Shown one piece after another: positions 58,233-64,000 of a stretch of DNA of 64,000 nt; position 1 is the first letter of the stretch, and the number at the start of each line of letters is the position of its first letter. The stretch is from the NCBI GenBank assembly GCA_964016885.1, contig OZ024742.1, positions 230,516,001 to 230,580,000 on the forward strand, written 5' to 3'. This DNA comes from Eledone cirrhosa. Its lineage: Eukaryota. The notes below the pieces were generated by a model. It searched no databases. It saw nothing but the letters and a program-made list of their open reading frames with translations, and was not told the DNA's origin. A program made the position numbers and the translations under genes.

Positions 58233-58413
58233 AAAAAAGATGGAATCGAAAATGCAACGGGAGTCTTTTTTTTATAAAAATATATATTCATTTGGTTCCT
58301 TTACCGGTTTCGATTCGAGTTGCATTTTCGATTTCATCTTTTTTCCTTATACTTTCACTCGTGTATGACACCTGGGTTTTATTTTCATTTTGGAAAAAGA
58401 AACTCACTTTCTT
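58227..58413. mobile_element. TA-inserted two-armed element (28333 family)
   Basis: tataaggaaaaaagatggaatcgaaaatgcaac / gttgcattttcgatttcatcttttttccttata with a ~62 bp right extension. Confidence 0.75.
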
Positions 58414-58442
58414 ATATATATATAAAATATATTTATATTTAT

Positions 58443-58489
<47 letters not shown>

Positions 58490-58506
58490 GTATATATATA
58501 CACGTA

Positions 58507-59522
58507 GTAGCCGAATTACCTGCGCCTTGCTGCGTTTCACACTTTATTTTTGTAAGAAAATAATGATTGATTTTAAATCAGTGATATAATTTAAGGAGAA
58601 AAACTTTCCATTTCAATATTACTCAATGTAAAATGTAATGCATGAAAAATTGGAAAACATTATTTTTTGTAATATATCAAGTCAAAATTACATTATTAAA
58701 TCTTATTCTTATTTTGTTTCTTGTAAATAATTTTCTTCAAAATATCAATTCAAAACTTGATCATTTCATTTCTGTGTAAAGCATTATTTTCAAATTAGAA
58801 ATTCAAAGCTTAATTATTTATTTTTTAACATAATAAATACATGAAAATATCTTTCATACTTTGTCCTAATGAAGGACTTCAGGGGAAACAACGGTTCTTC
58901 TATTTCTTTGATTGGCTAAAATGTAGAGATTTTTTGAAGTTCCAGTCCTTGAAACAGCCACATAAAACATGCCATAACTGAAACATGTGTTTGTCAGATC
59001 TACACCAATAGTTTTGAAAGTTTGACCTTGACTCATATTGATGCCAATGGCAAAGCTTAGCGTCACTGGGAACTGCAGCCTCTTAAATGTAAAAGGCAAC
59101 TTGATATCACTTGGTATAAGTTGAATCCTCGGAATGAGAAGAGCTTGATCTTTGTAAGCCACAAATGTAATGATTGCTTCAATCAAGTTCTCATGCAATC
59201 TTGTTACAACATATCATGTTCCATTTATTGACCAAAATCTTCACTATAGGGTGTCTTAATATTATTGAAATTTGGTGAGGTTTTGTGAATAGGCATCATA
59301 TCTTGTCATTTATCAATGGTTTCAATTTCATATAAATCGAAAAGAAAATATTTTCTGCGGGGGGTTTGATTAAAATGAAATATACTTATCCAAGTACCCT
59401 GGGCAATGTAGTTTCAGAATATATATGGTTATGGGAGTCTATCTCCAAAATCATAGGGGGAGTTCGTGAAGAAAGAAAGCAAAAACAAACAGACAGGAAC
59501 TACAACTTTATATATATATAGA
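58507..59522 (-). mobile_element. Internally deleted Helitron
   Basis: 5' TCTATATATATATAAAG start, 3' GC-rich hairpin-like segment then CTAC (for CTAG) followed by T; contains a helicase fragment. Confidence 0.75.
58866..59225 (-). pseudogene. Helitron RepHel PIF1-family helicase C-terminal fragment
   Basis: NGT*..LIPRIQLIPSD..LPFTFKRLQFPVTLSFAIGINMSQGQT..GMFYVAVSR..VVSPEVL. Confidence 0.92.
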
Positions 59523-59536
59523 GAGAGAGAGAGGGA

Positions 59537-59596
<60 letters not shown>

Positions 59597-59636
59597 GAGA
59601 AAATAAGATTTCAGATATGCAACTTGTTATGAAACT

Positions 59637-59733
59637 TAATTGCATATTTCAACTGTTTCGATACCAATCAGCTCAGGTTTGATCAGACGATCGAACCCCG
59701 ACTCTTAATCGACACCTCTTCAGATATGCGAAT
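59637..59733 (-). ncRNA. Type I hammerhead fold with 57-nt extended stem II
   Basis: gcatat CTGAAGA ggtgtcgatt..gattggtatc GAAA cagttg A A atatgc; the U16.1 position is A. Confidence 0.6.
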
Positions 59734-60206
59734 TTACATGGGTAGTCCCATCCAAAATGTTGCCATATGTCCCGTGTTCGTTTTATATACATTTTATTGG
59801 TTACTGCAGCTAGGTGTGAAACGGGTGTGGGTAGATGGAGAATATTAAATTTCTATTTAAATATCACAGAATTGAGGAATTGTAAAAGAATTGTAAAGCT
59901 AGTCAATGGGATTGGTATAGAAGGTATTTGACGAAAGTATAAATAGCAAATTTGGAAAAGTAGAAGGAAAAACAGAGAAAACAATAATTACTGTAGCAAT
60001 ATGTATTTAGCTACGTTTCTTTATTGTCCGTGTTTAAATCTCTTGCCTAAAACCATTTCTACTCTATATATTACCTACCTAGTTACATCCCTTTACTTTA
60101 TGATTTCTGTTGTGGTGACATGTAGTTAGAAAAAAAACGGGTTGTCTACCCCTATTAAATTTTGATATATAAATAGCTATCCAATATGTAGATCCAGGGG
60201 GAAAAC

Positions 60207-60247
60207 GAAAATGTATCTTATACGCCAAGGGGTATAAGATACATTTT
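60207..60247. repeat. Isolated hairpin
   Basis: aaaatgtatcttatac-gccaaggg-gtataagatacatttt, 16-bp perfect stem. Confidence 0.85.
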
Positions 60248-60571
60248 TGTCGGGATACCTATATGGACATAGGCCATTACTTATATGTCTATATACCACT
60301 AGCGAAAAGATGAGCTATAGAAAAATATAAATTCAATACAAATTGCAGCTTAAGATTGTAATCTGAGACTCGTCTTCAGAATGTCATTGTTTGGCTCTAA
60401 ATGAACGTAACACCACGTAAAATCATTCGTTTGGCTTTGTGGAAGATTAAAATTTTTCCTTTTCTACCAACAATGGACATAACTCAACTCTGAGTAAATT
60501 GTTTGCTTGTGTATTTTGCTTTGTTTATTATTATTATTTTTTTGTTTTTCCTTATGTAATTGATAAACTAA

Positions 60572-60628
60572 ATAATTGTTTCTACTTTAGGCACACTGCC
60601 AGCAATTACCCAGTGCATTACTGGTACT
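60572..60628 (-). mobile_element. SINE 3' fragment
   Basis: Tail portion of the main SINE family. Confidence 0.8.
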
Positions 60629-63063
60629 AAATAATACTTCAGTATTGAAATAAATAGTATCCACTCATCAACTTTGGCCAAATACATATATCTTGTAATG
60701 TTGGAAGTTACAATAATTGTCGTTATAACAGTAATTTTATGGTTATCGAGATAATTAAAAGGTTTCTTTATAAAAGTCAAATCGTTGATATCATTACTGT
60801 GATTTAACTACTGAACAGGAATCAGTCTAATTACTTAGAAATTCAGAAAGTTAGAATGATTAGCGCTATGTATAAAAGCCACCCATTTCTCTCTTTAAAC
60901 ATGCATAAATACTCCTCTTCACATATATCGGTTCAGAACATCTGACATGTAAGGTAATGGCCGCTATTGTTTTGAATTGAAGTTCTTCTGGCTTGATGAT
61001 GCCAAGTTGAGGTTAATTCGTTATGGGTCGGGATACAGAACGGAAGGTTTGACTTTAAATAAGCTGCAAAAATGTATAAGGTGATTAACAAGCAAATTCC
61101 TGTATTTAATGTCTCTAACGGAGCCTTTAACAACTATAATTACGTAACAATATCAAATAACAGATGTCATATCGCAGCATTTCTTCCTGCGTGTAATTAA
61201 TGAATAGGTTGTCATCTACAATTAACTATCAATCACTTTATTGGTTTCTAGCTAACGCGTGACTTGCATTTACTAAATCGATAGCATATAGATTTCTGGA
61301 TCAACCCATGCATTCGATTCTGATTGAAAATTCTTCAGCTATAAGATGCTAGACATCATGAGTGTTTTCTAGAAAATAAATATTGATAAGGATATACATT
61401 TAATATAATTTTCAAAATGCATCTATAAATTTCATTTCAGGATATCGTAAATAGATTCACACGTCTAACTGTAAATTTAATTAAACTTTATCGCATTAAA
61501 TAATTCGACCTTGACACTAGACCATGAAGTTATTCGATACATTGAGGCAATACGTTAAACTCAATCTCTTCCTCTCTACATATGTCGTTCTGCCTTTCTC
61601 TATTTGTTTGTTTACATACCCCCTCTTTATTCATAAACCACAATATCTCTAGCAACATTGTGTTAGTTTTGATAACAAACATGTGCATTCTATGGTATTA
61701 CACATTGTTCAGTGCACAAACAATTGTGACAACAGATTTAAACTCCCAAATCATATTTCCTCGTTAATTCCCCTCCACAGAAATAGCCATATTGTTATAA
61801 TTTTATAAAATATGAAAACGATCCTGTTGTAAAAGGAGAAGGCCGATAATGGGAGATAAGATAGAGCTTAGTATGTAACATGTGGTATAAACTACATATT
61901 ATATCATAAATATCTCAACATTCAATATAGAATACATTAAATATATTACTAATTAGCATTAATCCCTAATACAGTTTAACAAATACCATTGTAGCTCGTA
62001 GACATGGTGGCTTTTGCTAAAAAAAGAAACATGATGTTTGTTTAGTTAGTATTAACTACCATTGTTGGAACTAAAATATAAGCTTTCGTGTAGTGACTTA
62101 ACTTTAAATGTATTAATTTTTCTGTTTCCTTTTTGATTTTAAACTATAACTATTTGCATTCAATGCATACACTATTCCCGAGATTCCAAACAACGTTTTC
62201 CTATTAACATCTCGAACAATAATGTCCCCTTAAACAATTTGTGTTACATTGTTTGGTGATGTGAAAATAAAGTAAATGATAAAACTTCAACATGAATACT
62301 GAAGAGACATTACTTCAAGTAAGATAAAAAAATTTTAAATCGCCGTGAAAAATAAAAATCAATTATACACAGTTATCATTGCAGTTCTTTCCGCTCGAAT
62401 TTTGATGTTTTTACTTTTCGAGAATTTAAAGGAAGCCACCATTTTGTTTTCGTGCATTATAATTTGCGCTGTATTTTATTATCAACAACCATATTGTCGC
62501 TGTTGTTACTGCTACAGCTGCAATGTAACAATGCAAAGATCATTGCCTTGTTTTATATAAAAATATAAAAGGAAATGAAGCTAAGATCATTTCAAATATT
62601 CATAGAAAAATTCCTCTGAGCTGAACTGTAAATGAAGTAGATAACCAAATTGGTTAAGTCTGTTTACATTAGCTGCTACACACATTATTTCCGCTATATT
62701 TCATTGTGGAGCAAACAATTTCCGATTTGTTTTGATATCTCAAATCAATAGTAATTTTAAGTCAAACTAGATCATACCCTTTACCAATATTTTTCCCGAC
62801 TTAATTTTGACAAAATATAATACAAACTATTTAAATCATATTAGAAATAAATATTTCTCAGTTTTCATCGTTCATTGTTGTAAACGCATATTATTACAAA
62901 TATATTCATACGACAGACTTAAGTTACTTATTCCCTTCATATTCATAACTTCTTCGTTAACGTAAATTATATTAACGGACACACACACACACACTCGCAC
63001 TTAGAAACACACACATAGACACACAGACACGCACACAAACACGTACACACACATACACACACA

Positions 63064-63154
<91 letters not shown>

Positions 63155-63387
63155 TTTTCACGTCTAATTTACTACGTTTCCATTCTTAATGTTATTGTTA
63201 CGTACGTTTTTGTTAAAACAAGTGAGGCAAATGGTTGTATCTGTGTCTCTTATGTTAAGGAAAAAACAAAATCCTTGACAAAGGACGTAGCTCTTGTCTG
63301 AACAAGTATTAGAGATTATATGTGCAAAGATTTTGGCGTAAATGTTTCTAAAAAAACCTGGGAAGACATTGAAATTTGGTAAAATTT

Positions 63388-63742
63388 CTGAGTTACACGA
63401 GAAGTCATTTTTGATTTTGTAAAGGTGACCTTGTTCGAATTGGAATTCATGTCCTTCTAATAGATACTTGCATAACTTGCAGTTAGGTCGGTTGCATCTA
63501 TTCACAAGCACATACAATTGGACCTACCTAACCTGCTAAAGGACAAAAAAAATGAAAACCCTCTTACAAAAATATCCAATTATGAAATGTAAACGACAAC
63601 CTAGGTCACTAAAAACTATACCGACACATGCAAATCTACAAACCGAAATTAGAGAGCTTGAAGTGACAAGATACAACCGACGTAACTCTGCGTGTGCAAC
63701 TATTTGTTAGAAGGCTACGAATTCCACTTCAAGAAAGGTCCC
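63388..63742. mobile_element. Two oppositely oriented PLE linker fragments
   Basis: Minus 63388-63505 VNRCNRPNCKLCKYLLEGHEFQFEQG..KNDFSCNS; plus 63520-63742 KRQPRSLKTI..VTRYNRRN..CNYLLEGYEFHFKKG. Confidence 0.7.
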
Positions 63743-64000
63743 GTCCGAGAACACCAAGCAGACATCTGTCCTTTGTTTCTGCTTTCCTTATATTTCTAAA
63801 CACTCGTCTTGTCCGTTCTAAATGTTATATATATATATACAAATGAAGCAATGGGGAATGAATGTCTTGGAAGAGCTGCCAAATTACAGGTTAGAAATAA
63901 AGGAGTGAAATTTAGGAGGACAGACAACAAAGCAATACCTTCCAATTTAACCTCATGTTTCATGATATTTTGGGATTAGCAAATGGAGTGTGATGGTGGT

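Noticed and set aside
58866-59198. Host PIF1 helicase gene
   Set aside because: Intronless fragment with an upstream stop, degenerate motifs and Helitron-type termini.

Overview
AT-rich eukaryotic non-coding DNA saturated with (TA)n, (CA)n, (TATG)n, (GA)n and trinucleotide microsatellites. The tRNA-derived SINE families resemble those I recall from octopus (coleoid cephalopod) genomes; this is an inference. I can support no intact host protein-coding gene, and almost all ORFs in the track are microsatellite artefacts. Identifiable coding remnants are all transposon-derived: a 5'-truncated Penelope-like element (PLE; RT plus C-terminal GIY-YIG, 50623-53029), further PLE scraps, RTE-group, CR1/L2-group, CRE-like and R4/Dong-like non-LTR fragments, and an internally deleted Helitron. 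The most striking structure is a set of at least 7-8 sequence-distinct small non-coding elements inserted in (TA)n. They share one geometry with the coding PLE: two oppositely oriented arms, one carrying a 60-90 bp terminal extension. Most carry minimal type I hammerhead ribozyme folds, some with long stem II insertions. Also notable are a (CATA)n-associated Dong/R4-like family, a textbook twin-priming inversion in an RTE element, and a perfect 200-bp inverted duplication.
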